From IMG/VR virus record IMGVR_UViG_3300035190_001906, positions 1-58,751 of that record: DNA of 58,751 nucleotides. One strand, 5' to 3'. The stretch is from a virus (Duplodnaviria > Caudoviricetes). The notes beneath the pieces are model-generated. The model had not been told where the DNA came from. It did no database searches and saw only the letters and a list, made by a program, of their open reading frames with translations. A program made the position numbers and the translations under genes. Below are positions 36,633 through 44,838 of this stretch, in pieces. How positions within the stretch are numbered: position 1 is the first letter of the stretch; every line of letters starts with the position of its first letter.

Positions 36633-37214
36633 ATGAGAAAAGCAACACTTTCAAAAAATCCTTTCCCTCAAAATAAGCAACGGTTTATTGTTGAAGGAAT
36701 GACGAATTCTGCAAATATTATCACCCGCGATAATATTACGATTGAGATCAATACCGCAGAGCGTCCCGACAAAACCGTGATCCCAATTGGTCGAGTTAAT
36801 AGTGGTGAGTTTAATATCACACTTGACTTTGCTGATAACGATACTCGCTATGAATATATTAATTGGTTTCAACGATGTGTCGACAGGGCAACTACAACAT
36901 CTGTATCGTCAATTGTGGGTAACGGCGGATTGACAGGTGTTTTACAGGGTGACGTATCAACCGCAGGTCTAATCATAGGGATCGATCCTGGTTACAAAAA
37001 AAATGCAGTAATCGTGTACCACCGATTATTTCAAGAGGCAGGTGTTCTACCTGTTAAACTTAAATTAGCAGGATGTTTCCCTAAGTCGCTAACTGCACCT
37101 GACTTCGATATGGATGGCGAGGACATGGCAACTTTAGAGATGTCGATCAGTTATGATGACGCTGAAATTATGCAAGCCACCGCTATGGATCAATACACAA
37201 GAGATCGCTTCTAA
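36633..37214 (+). CDS. Tail tube protein (T4 gp19-like)
   Basis: Follows the sheath; YINWF...KKNAVIVY...KLAGCFPKSLTAPDFDMDGEDMATLEMSISYD pattern. Confidence 0.85.
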   Translation: MRKATLSKNPFPQNKQRFIVEGMTNSANIITRDNITIEINTAERPDKTVIPIGRVNSGEFNITLDFADNDTRYEYINWFQRCVDRATTTSVSSIVGNGGLTGVLQGDVSTAGLIIGIDPGYKKNAVIVYHRLFQEAGVLPVKLKLAGCFPKSLTAPDFDMDGEDMATLEMSISYDDAEIMQATAMDQYTRDRF

Positions 37215-37299
37215 TGTGTTAGTGTAGAGGTTAGATTTGTACACCTATATATTGTCAAAACCTCGAATTTTTCGGGGTTTTTTTGATTACCAAAAATCT

Positions 37300-39630
37300 A
37301 TGCAAAACAATACCGAATTATTGTGTCTAATCCTAGAGTTCCAATCCCGAAGTTTAATTGTCAAGAGATTGTTACAGGCGGAAGCTGCTAAGGAATACGA
37401 AGCAGATTGGTTAAAAAATGCAAAAGTTGTCACCAGGGATATGACGGGACGGTTTGCATCAAAAGGTTCATCTATTAAGCAATCCGTTCAGGATACAACT
37501 GCTATTCTGAAACAAGGATTTGATCTGACAGGTGATACAATTCAATCCCTGGTAAAAGATCCTGAGTTCAGAAAGAGGGCGGGATTAGCCACTGGTTTAC
37601 CGATGGCGAAATTAATTAGTAATTTAGCAACTCAAGCCAGATTGAATCCTAAACTAACTGAAAAATTAGATGAATGGATTGCCAATGCGACCAAAGAATT
37701 TGCCGATCAATATGGGGATGATAAAAGCCCGATGGCGCAGGCAATTAGGAAGGCGAATTTAGCGCAACCTCCCAAAGATGCCAATTTCAATGAGAAAATG
37801 GAATTTAGGGTTGCTCAATATGCGGCTTATAAAGAAGCCCTGGATTCTCCTGAAGATTTTAGTAAGCGGGATGAACTAATCGGCAAAGCCGCTGCTGCTT
37901 CGATTCCGATTGGTGTCAGCTTGGCAATTGCATTGGGATTTGAAGTTGCGATTCCTCTATTCCTGGCTCAAAGCGTGAATTGGGCTACTGTATTGAGTTC
38001 TGTTGCACTTGGAGAAGCTGCGGATTTTGCGGTACAGAAGGGTTTGGATAAATTAGAGATTAATAACCCTGCTGTTCGGATTGGGGCTAGTATGGTTGCT
38101 GGTGCTTTGGCAGGGGGATTGGTTACGGGGGTTAATAATAAAATTGCTTTTGCTAAACAAACTAAAAAATCATTAGAAACTTTAGGTGAACCGAAGTTAT
38201 ATCTTTACGCACAAAACTTAGACAATGAAAGTCAAGATCATTTGAGATACAAGGGTAACGACAACTTAGATATAGAACAAAGAAGAAAAGTGGTTTTTGA
38301 TGCTTCCGAAATAAGAAGCCGTGGTAAAGAGAAAAAAATTAGAGATATAAATAATTTAAACATAGGGATAACAGACAAGGAGTTTACATTAGAAATTATG
38401 CCAAACGAATTAGACAAGGCGGGTAGAGGCTCGGCTATCGTAGCTCATGGTGAATTACCAAAAGGTTTCAATCCCGAACAGAAGGAACAATGGATTGATG
38501 AAGTAGTTCAAGAAATTGAGCAATTTACTACAGATATCAATAGGACATTTAAACCAGAAACCATAGAAGGATTAAAAGATTTCTTCAGAGGGCCAGAGAG
38601 GGTCGCCAATCGAGCGTCATCAAACTTGGGGAAACCAAAGTTTGATATTTCTGCTCAAAACGCAGATAATATCAACCCAGATCATTATATGTCTAAAGGA
38701 GTTGTTTTACCTGAAGATCCTGATATATTGGAAGGTATTCCTTATGAAAAACAATTTGATAGACTAAAACAAATGGCAATAGCTAGTCGTGCTTCTAAAA
38801 TAGAAGGTAAAAAAATTGCTATTAGTCACGAACTAGGTATAAGAAGTGATAACAAAAGTTTTTTAGCGGAAATCACTGGTATCGAATTAGATGAAGGTGG
38901 AAGATTTATGCCTATCCTTGTTCAAGGTGATTTACCAAAAGGGTTGACTCCTAAAGAGATGGATCAATGGGTAGACGAAGCTATAAATGAAGTCAAGCAA
39001 TTTGGATCTATATTTGGTAGAACATTTCAACCGGAAACATTGGACGATTTTAAAACATGGCTTACAAATAAAGACAAACTTAAACCAAAAATAGAAAATC
39101 ATACCAGGGAATTAGTTAGACAAGAAGCTAAATGGGTTGAACAACTCAAAACCAACGAGTTAGCAAGAAGATTCTTACTGGGTAAGCCAAAACTTGATAT
39201 TTCGGCACAAGATTTAGATAATCTAAACCCAGATATATACACATCCAAAGGTATTGATCTGCCCCATGGAAGTACCGAAAATAATTCTAAACGGATATCA
39301 ATCACAAGGAATATTGATAATTTCTTAAATAAGAATAAATTTGAATCGTTGGGTGACGAAATCAAAATAGCAAAAGACAAGGAAAAGTTTGTTGCCAAGA
39401 TGACTCCCAATGAAAAGGATGGTTATGGTAGATTGGCTCCAATTTTGGTTCACGGTGAATTACCTAAAGGTTTAAACCCAGAGCAGATGGGTCAATGGGT
39501 TGAAGAAGCGATCGCGGAAATTGAACAATTTACAGCCAGTATTGATAGGACATTTAAGCCAGAGGTAATAGAAAGGTTAAGAAATTTCTTCTTTGATCAC
39601 ACTAAAATAAAGAGAATTAATAATCCATAA
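37300..39630 (+). CDS. Polymorphic-type protein 2: conserved N-terminus plus three tandem copies of a domain of about 140 aa
   Basis: Likely start MQNNTELL at 37300, matching the paralogue; repeats at about 38182-38586, 38626-39063 and 39178-39591 (G.PK....AQ..DN...GELPKG..PEQ..QW..E...E..QF.....RTF.PE). Confidence 0.85.
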   Translation: MQNNTELLCLILEFQSRSLIVKRLLQAEAAKEYEADWLKNAKVVTRDMTGRFASKGSSIKQSVQDTTAILKQGFDLTGDTIQSLVKDPEFRKRAGLATGLPMAKLISNLATQARLNPKLTEKLDEWIANATKEFADQYGDDKSPMAQAIRKANLAQPPKDANFNEKMEFRVAQYAAYKEALDSPEDFSKRDELIGKAAAASIPIGVSLAIALGFEVAIPLFLAQSVNWATVLSSVALGEAADFAVQKGLDKLEINNPAVRIGASMVAGALAGGLVTGVNNKIAFAKQTKKSLETLGEPKLYLYAQNLDNESQDHLRYKGNDNLDIEQRRKVVFDASEIRSRGKEKKIRDINNLNIGITDKEFTLEIMPNELDKAGRGSAIVAHGELPKGFNPEQKEQWIDEVVQEIEQFTTDINRTFKPETIEGLKDFFRGPERVANRASSNLGKPKFDISAQNADNINPDHYMSKGVVLPEDPDILEGIPYEKQFDRLKQMAIASRASKIEGKKIAISHELGIRSDNKSFLAEITGIELDEGGRFMPILVQGDLPKGLTPKEMDQWVDEAINEVKQFGSIFGRTFQPETLDDFKTWLTNKDKLKPKIENHTRELVRQEAKWVEQLKTNELARRFLLGKPKLDISAQDLDNLNPDIYTSKGIDLPHGSTENNSKRISITRNIDNFLNKNKFESLGDEIKIAKDKEKFVAKMTPNEKDGYGRLAPILVHGELPKGLNPEQMGQWVEEAIAEIEQFTASIDRTFKPEVIERLRNFFFDHTKIKRINNP

Positions 39631-41571
39631 ATGACCCAACAATTATTCCGCCGATTCTACGATAACCTCCCAATATATGCCCGATTAGCAGATGAAATTG
39701 GGCTGCTTCAACATTTCTGTGATATTGGAGTTCAACCCCCATTAGATGAACTGCATAACACCGTTGCCACCCGATCGCGCTACTTCGATGTCGATAGCCC
39801 GATCGCAATTCCTAATTTAGATTGGCTAGGACAATTTGTTGGTTTAGGGATTGTCGGGAGACATTATCTGGGAATTGGGATTAATCCTAATTGGCCCGTG
39901 TGGGCAAAACGTCAAATTATTAAACGGGTTTGGAAATACTGGCAATTCAAGGGAACTGAAACCGGAGTTAGGGAAGCAGTATTACTTTGGTTGCTATTTG
40001 ACAAGGCTTACGATCGCCAATACTTTGAAATCAAATATCCCATCGGGCGTTTAATTAGAGAACAATTCCCTGGATGGATTGGTTACGGCGATCGCTATGA
40101 TGCCTATAGAACCCAACCCTTCACTCAAATCCAAAAAGTAGGATTTGGGGATTATCCTAGTCTTCAAGGATTTCCCTCTCGTCAAAAAACCTTACTTCCA
40201 TTGAGCGATCACTTTTATGGAAGTCAATATTGCGATCGCAACTTAGCCTACGATTCACAACCCGATCCCCCCATTCGAGGAGACTTATCCCGAATGGGAG
40301 TTTTAAGACCCTGGATGCACTTCCACGACTTAACAGAAGAAGAATGGCATCGTATCTTCCCTGAAGTCATGGAATTAAATCAGGAAATTTGGGAAGTCGG
40401 CGTAATTCCTACGGTTGTAGGGTGGGTTCCACTAAGTAATAACGGATTCAACTTAATTCCTGCTCCCGATCAAAAACCAATCTACAAGACTATTTACGAC
40501 CTAGATGGACACCATTATGGAGATGTTTACCCTGTCCGAACAACAAAAATAATCAAAGAGGAGATCGTTGTAAAGGAAAAGAATTGGGCAATGTATCCCG
40601 ACCTGTTTTGCCATTATGGAGATTTATATGGGTCTGCTTCCGATCTAGGTTTTATTAGAAAAGAAAAAAAAATATTGCCAACTACTTCTTTTGGGGTAGA
40701 ATACGGTTTAAGTCATGGGCGGATCAACATCATTTCTCCTACAAGTAGCCCTGCCCCCAGTTACAGATACTACGGGGCAGGGATTTTGTTATCTAAAGAA
40801 ATCAGAATCACAGAAACAGGCGTTTGCCAACCTGGAATATTATTTGACTTTTATCAAAAATCTCAAAACACGATAGAATCAATAGCTGATGTAATCTCTT
40901 TTGATACCGATTCACGGGTTGTTGAGGATGTCTCGGCGGATCTTGTCTCACAGCCTGTGTTTTCTTTTGTAGATAATTCCTGGGGATCTCTCTATCCCGT
41001 TATTTCTCCCCATCCCAACATCAGCAACCCCAAAGCCAAAATTCCTTACACCAAAAAAATAGACCCTTTCTACGGTTCTCGTTACCCATCCCAATACTTC
41101 GCCCAATTCTCACGAAAATCAACCAATTTATCTGAATCTGTTAAGCAGGTTCAGCTTTGCAATCTACAACACCGATTCAGTACCCGCACAGTTACAAAAA
41201 GGCAAGTTGTCGAAATCAATCAACCCCCTTTATTTAAGCGGTATCCTGAATTGAGTGCGATCGCAGATAGCCAAAACTGGGAACTCCTAATCTATTCCAG
41301 TGTGGGAATCGTCAAACTTCCCCCTGCAACTATCATGGCTTTATCTTCCTCTGAGTGGAAATCGGCATCCCGTTCAACTCGGATATCCAAAAAGCACCCA
41401 TACCTTCTAATTGAATTTGTCTCCCGTTTTCCTGTCGATACCAAGATTGTTGCGATTTCGTTACAAAACCAAAGTCGATTATTCGTTCAGGACAGTTACG
41501 TTAAGTCCTTGGAAGTCCCATTATTCAGTCACTTCGGGGTTCGCGCTATCATCCCCTTGAACTTCTTGTAA
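39631..41571 (+). CDS. Baseplate/tail protein with P2 gpI-like N-terminal domain and YGxxY repeats
   Basis: FYDNLPIYAR...LDWLGQFVGL...KRQIIK...KGTETGVREAV. Confidence 0.75.
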   Translation: MTQQLFRRFYDNLPIYARLADEIGLLQHFCDIGVQPPLDELHNTVATRSRYFDVDSPIAIPNLDWLGQFVGLGIVGRHYLGIGINPNWPVWAKRQIIKRVWKYWQFKGTETGVREAVLLWLLFDKAYDRQYFEIKYPIGRLIREQFPGWIGYGDRYDAYRTQPFTQIQKVGFGDYPSLQGFPSRQKTLLPLSDHFYGSQYCDRNLAYDSQPDPPIRGDLSRMGVLRPWMHFHDLTEEEWHRIFPEVMELNQEIWEVGVIPTVVGWVPLSNNGFNLIPAPDQKPIYKTIYDLDGHHYGDVYPVRTTKIIKEEIVVKEKNWAMYPDLFCHYGDLYGSASDLGFIRKEKKILPTTSFGVEYGLSHGRINIISPTSSPAPSYRYYGAGILLSKEIRITETGVCQPGILFDFYQKSQNTIESIADVISFDTDSRVVEDVSADLVSQPVFSFVDNSWGSLYPVISPHPNISNPKAKIPYTKKIDPFYGSRYPSQYFAQFSRKSTNLSESVKQVQLCNLQHRFSTRTVTKRQVVEINQPPLFKRYPELSAIADSQNWELLIYSSVGIVKLPPATIMALSSSEWKSASRSTRISKKHPYLLIEFVSRFPVDTKIVAISLQNQSRLFVQDSYVKSLEVPLFSHFGVRAIIPLNFL

Positions 41572-41577
41572 AAAATC

Positions 41578-41630
41578 TTCCGTAGGTACGGAGCGAAATA
41601 CTTGACAATTGTTTTCCTGAGATTTATCAT
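41578..41630 (+). promoter_or_regulatory. Palindrome TCCGTA-N2-TACGGA directly upstream of sigma70 promoter TTGACA-N17-TATCAT
   Basis: -35 at 41602-41607 and -10 at 41625-41630. Confidence 0.7.
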
Positions 41631-41692
41631 AGGTTTCATTGGTTGACAGTTACAGGTAAGCCAAAAAAACACAACTACCAAATCACGAAACA

Positions 41693-42703
41693 ATGAAACA
41701 ATTAACTGACAAAATCAGTAAGAATTTGAAGATTCTGGATGATACCTTGTATTCATGCCAGATAACTATTCAAATGGGTGCTAAACCCTCGATAGGAATA
41801 AGACTAGAAGACATTCTTGACAGAAACACTATCAAAGTGTGGAATGAAGTATTTCCAAAAAGAAAATCACCCGAAATCGAAGTGTTTGGGGATCTGCGGA
41901 TTTCCTATAATAAAGTTGTAAGTCAAAAAGAAAAGCTGTACGACAAATATGCGATTTCCTTTGGAGTTTACAAAAATATTATCCCTGGAAGCAATCTTGA
42001 TAAATTCTTGTCTGAATACCAAGAAAAGGTTGTTGGTACGGCACAACGAGAATTAAACAGAATTAAAGGATTGTACCCAAAAAGATTGCAAGAATATCTG
42101 AAAGATGTTCGTAAAATCCTCAAAGAAAACTCCATCTGCTCAGAGCAAAAACTAATTCAATACCAACAACGATTCCCTTCTATAACAATGATAGAAAAAT
42201 CGTTCGGCCCGATAATAGAAGGGCCATACCAAATGCCCAGTATCCACGACGCAGCGTTGTTAGACCTCAGATTGAAGTCAGTAGTGCGAGAAGCCCAATT
42301 AGAGAAGGCTAAAATTGCCCAACTAAACACCAAACAACAAGAATACTGGGGTATCTCTGGACAGGTTCAACAGGTTTGTAATGGGTTGATTGAAAAAATA
42401 TCAGAGATTAAATTTGACATTCTCGAAAATCTCAAGTTTCACTTAGAAACTATCGAGAAAAAAAATAGTTTCTATTCCTCAAGTAAAAAGACTTTACTAA
42501 AAGATGTTGGGGAAATAAAAAGAACTTTAGCGTCGGTTCAAGTTGTTGAGTCAATTATGGGAGAGGGGTATTTAAGTATTTCCTCAAAAATTGAAAAGAT
42601 GCTTGAATCCAATGACCCTTCTTACGCATCAGAAATTATTTTACTAATTGAGTCCGAGTTGTACATTGTCGAAAACCTAGAATCAACCTACGCAGTAGCC
42701 TAA
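41693..42703 (+). CDS. Helical hypothetical protein, possibly DUF3150 family
   Basis: Overall pattern (N-terminal strand, YAISFG..IIP, YP..L.EY, RFPS...I..SF) recalls DUF3150 proteins of mobile elements; recognised by eye only. Confidence 0.45.
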   Translation: MKQLTDKISKNLKILDDTLYSCQITIQMGAKPSIGIRLEDILDRNTIKVWNEVFPKRKSPEIEVFGDLRISYNKVVSQKEKLYDKYAISFGVYKNIIPGSNLDKFLSEYQEKVVGTAQRELNRIKGLYPKRLQEYLKDVRKILKENSICSEQKLIQYQQRFPSITMIEKSFGPIIEGPYQMPSIHDAALLDLRLKSVVREAQLEKAKIAQLNTKQQEYWGISGQVQQVCNGLIEKISEIKFDILENLKFHLETIEKKNSFYSSSKKTLLKDVGEIKRTLASVQVVESIMGEGYLSISSKIEKMLESNDPSYASEIILLIESELYIVENLESTYAVA

Positions 42704-42711
42704 AAAAAACC

Positions 42712-42882
42712 ATGAAACTCAAATACGGTGCTTCTCAACAATCTCGGCAATTCCGACAATTTGTGTCTGGATTCCTACTCTTTTGCCCACTACTTTTGTT
42801 AACTTACCTGTCAAGCATAATGCCCCCTGTGGTTATCGTTGGCATATCCTTTTTGTTGGTAATCTCAATTTATTTGGCATAA
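42712..42882 (+). CDS. Small two-TM membrane protein (56 aa) MKLKYGASQQSRQFRQFVSGFLLFCPLLLLTYLSSIMPPVVIVGISFLLVISIYLA
   Basis: Translated by hand; starts 8 nt after the previous stop and ends before a HIP1 hairpin; absent from the ORF track. Confidence 0.6.
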   Translation: MKLKYGASQQSRQFRQFVSGFLLFCPLLLLTYLSSIMPPVVIVGISFLLVISIYLA

Positions 42883-42889
42883 CAAAAAA

Positions 42890-42923
42890 CGCGATCGCTT
42901 TTTTTTGAAGATAGCGATCGCGT
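42890..42923. terminator. HIP1-armed hairpin
   Basis: CGCGATCGCT-N-AGCGATCGCG inverted repeat, intergenic. Confidence 0.5.
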
Positions 42924-43021
42924 CAATTAGTAATAAACAAGAAGGAGTTGAGAGATATCAGCAAACTAAAACAATGCACATTATCCAACAACTCCTTCAT
43001 CTTAGCGGATGGAGAAATATA

Positions 43022-43825
43022 ATGCAAGTATCTCGCCCAGCACTGAAATATTACGGGGGAAAATGGAATCTAGCCAATTGGATTGTTGACTTCTTCCCAC
43101 ACCACAACTGCTACGTTGAACCATTTGGAGGTGCAGCGTCGGTTTTATTACAGAAACCTCCATCTCCCCACGAATTTTATAACGACCTGGATTCCGAAGT
43201 TGTGAACTTTTTTCGGGTTTTGCGAGAAAATCAATCTGAACTAATCCAAAAAATAGACCTAACCCCCTACAGTCGGGAAGAATACGAACTATCCTACGAA
43301 CCAACTATTGATCCAATAGAAAAAGCGCGACGCTTCTACGTTCGTTCCTGGCAATCCCATAATCCATCGCGATTAAGTGGTTGGCGAAATTCCTTTAAAA
43401 ATAATCGCTCTCAATCCTTTGCTCAGGATTGGAATAGCATTAATCATTTGTATGCGATCGCGCAACGCTTAAAACAAGTCCAAATAGAAAACCGTCCTGC
43501 TTTGGAATTAATTAAGCGGGTTGACACCGAAGAAACCTTGTTTTATGTTGATCCACCGTACCTTAATGAAACCCGAACTTCAAGCACTCTGTATGATTTT
43601 GAATTAAAAAAAGAAGATCATATTCAGTTAGCAGAATGTCTAAACTCAATAAAGGGTATGGTCATTGTTTCAGGGTATGAACATCCTTTGTATAATGAAT
43701 TATATGCGGGATGGACAAAGAAGCAGGTAGCTACAAAGAAAAACGGTGGGGCAAATTCTATCGAGGTATTGTGGATATCTCCAAATATTCAATTACAACA
43801 AACATTATTTGATTTTGTTAACTAA
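43022..43825 (+). CDS. DNA N6-adenine methyltransferase, D12/Dam class
   Basis: YYGGK, YVEPFGGAASV, NDLD and DPPY motifs; probable start at 43022 after GGAGA (track start 42905). Confidence 0.92.
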   Translation: MQVSRPALKYYGGKWNLANWIVDFFPHHNCYVEPFGGAASVLLQKPPSPHEFYNDLDSEVVNFFRVLRENQSELIQKIDLTPYSREEYELSYEPTIDPIEKARRFYVRSWQSHNPSRLSGWRNSFKNNRSQSFAQDWNSINHLYAIAQRLKQVQIENRPALELIKRVDTEETLFYVDPPYLNETRTSSTLYDFELKKEDHIQLAECLNSIKGMVIVSGYEHPLYNELYAGWTKKQVATKKNGGANSIEVLWISPNIQLQQTLFDFVN

Positions 43826-43837
43826 CCAATAAAAAAC

Positions 43838-44284
43838 ATGGGACAATTATATATTCCATTCGACGATTTTGTAATCGTAAAAGACGGTGATCTGCTTGCG
43901 TCCGAAATAGCTAATCGACATTACTCTCGTATTTGGAGGGGGAACACAACCCAACCCCGATTCATGCCACCAGGAAAGCGACTGATTCTAATGGAACCGA
44001 TGGGAAAATGGTTGTTTGCTTGGAGTTTTCAGTTATACAGAAAAGATGAGCAAACGGGAGCGCAATGTACTATTTTTCGCAATGAATCAAATATTCTGTC
44101 TAGTAAAATAATCTTAAAATCAGAAGAAATCTGGGAAAGTAAATATGGGAGAACAAGGAAGTTTACCTATGTCCACCCAGAAAAGATTAAAAGCGTAAAT
44201 CCAGGGTATTGTTTTCAGTGTGCTGGATGGAAGAAAGCAGAAGTAAAGTCTAATAGGGGATTGGTTTTACTGGTTAAAGATTGA
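43838..44284 (+). CDS. Mom-like/GNAT-fold DNA modification protein (putative)
   Basis: RHYS..., FRNES..LSS, FTYV...NPGYCFQCAGWK resemble the Mu Mom family pattern (HYS / NxES / SYAD...G..Y.A.NW). Confidence 0.5.
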   Translation: MGQLYIPFDDFVIVKDGDLLASEIANRHYSRIWRGNTTQPRFMPPGKRLILMEPMGKWLFAWSFQLYRKDEQTGAQCTIFRNESNILSSKIILKSEEIWESKYGRTRKFTYVHPEKIKSVNPGYCFQCAGWKKAEVKSNRGLVLLVKD

Positions 44285-44454
44285 TAGTTATGTTTTTGTT
44301 CGGTATACTGAAGGGATAAACCTACGGAACCTACCGCTTTTTTGAATTTATCGAATTGCTGACGCTATTCTTGACAAATACATGGTAGATAATTGTTCTG
44401 CGATCGCACTCTTGAGATGCTTCCCTACTCTTAATATCCTTTTCTAGTAAAGCA

Positions 44455-44491
44455 AAAAAAGCGATCGCGAATCTATTGCAATCGCTTTTTT
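44455..44491. terminator. HIP1-armed hairpin with A/T tracts
   Basis: AAAAAAGCGATCGCGA-atcta-TTGCAATCGCTTTTTT. Confidence 0.55.
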
Positions 44492-44492
44492 G

Positions 44493-44515
44493 TGGTAAAA
44501 TATCTTTGTTGAGTT
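44493..44515 (+). promoter_or_regulatory. TGnTAAAAT-N6-GTTGAGTT promoter (motif copy 3)
   Basis: Same spacing as the copies at 66 and 26487; 12 nt upstream of an ATG. Confidence 0.6.
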
Positions 44516-44527
44516 AAAAAGAAAAAC

Positions 44528-44764
44528 ATGATGGAAGAATATCAAGAACAAATGGAAAGATTGATTTCTGAAATAACAAAACTAACAAATTCTTATCTTC
44601 CAGACAAAGGCTTGACTTTTGAGCAATCTCAAAAAGTCGGGATTCTCAATGCTATTCAAACATTAGATCAGCAAATCAACGGTTTAGAAGAAGCGGATTT
44701 TCGTGATGATGACGAAGAATTGGAAAAAGCACGAATAAAAAAGCGACAACTAAATTGGCTGTGA
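44528..44764 (+). CDS. Small acidic helical protein (78 aa)
   Basis: Has its own promoter; contains EEADFRDDDEELEK. Confidence 0.65.
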   Translation: MMEEYQEQMERLISEITKLTNSYLPDKGLTFEQSQKVGILNAIQTLDQQINGLEEADFRDDDEELEKARIKKRQLNWL

Positions 44765-44780
44765 TAATATAGAGAATATT

Positions 44781-44829
44781 CCTAAAACGGGACGCAATAC
44801 CTACGGGTGTTGTGTCCCGTTTATTTTTG
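44781..44829 (+). promoter_or_regulatory. CCTAAAACGGG hairpin and U-tract upstream of the baseplate/fibre operon
   Basis: Stem 44785-44801/44806-44822 with loop TACG. Confidence 0.65.
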
Positions 44830-44838
44830 TAAAGAAAA

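Noticed and set aside
37237-37299. Track start (TTG) of the 797-aa ORF
   Set aside because: The extension runs through a hairpin and U-tract; the paralogue begins at MQNNTELL with the same AAAAATCT-ATG context, so 37300 is preferred.
33629-41571. Headless contractile injection system (eCIS/tailocin)
   Set aside because: A portal and head-tail adaptor genes are present in the same region, which indicates a DNA-packaging phage. Capsid and terminase are not in the window, so this is not fully excluded.
41578-41592. Palindrome as an NtcA site
   Set aside because: The NtcA consensus is GTA-N8-TAC; here the spacing is GTA-N2-TAC.
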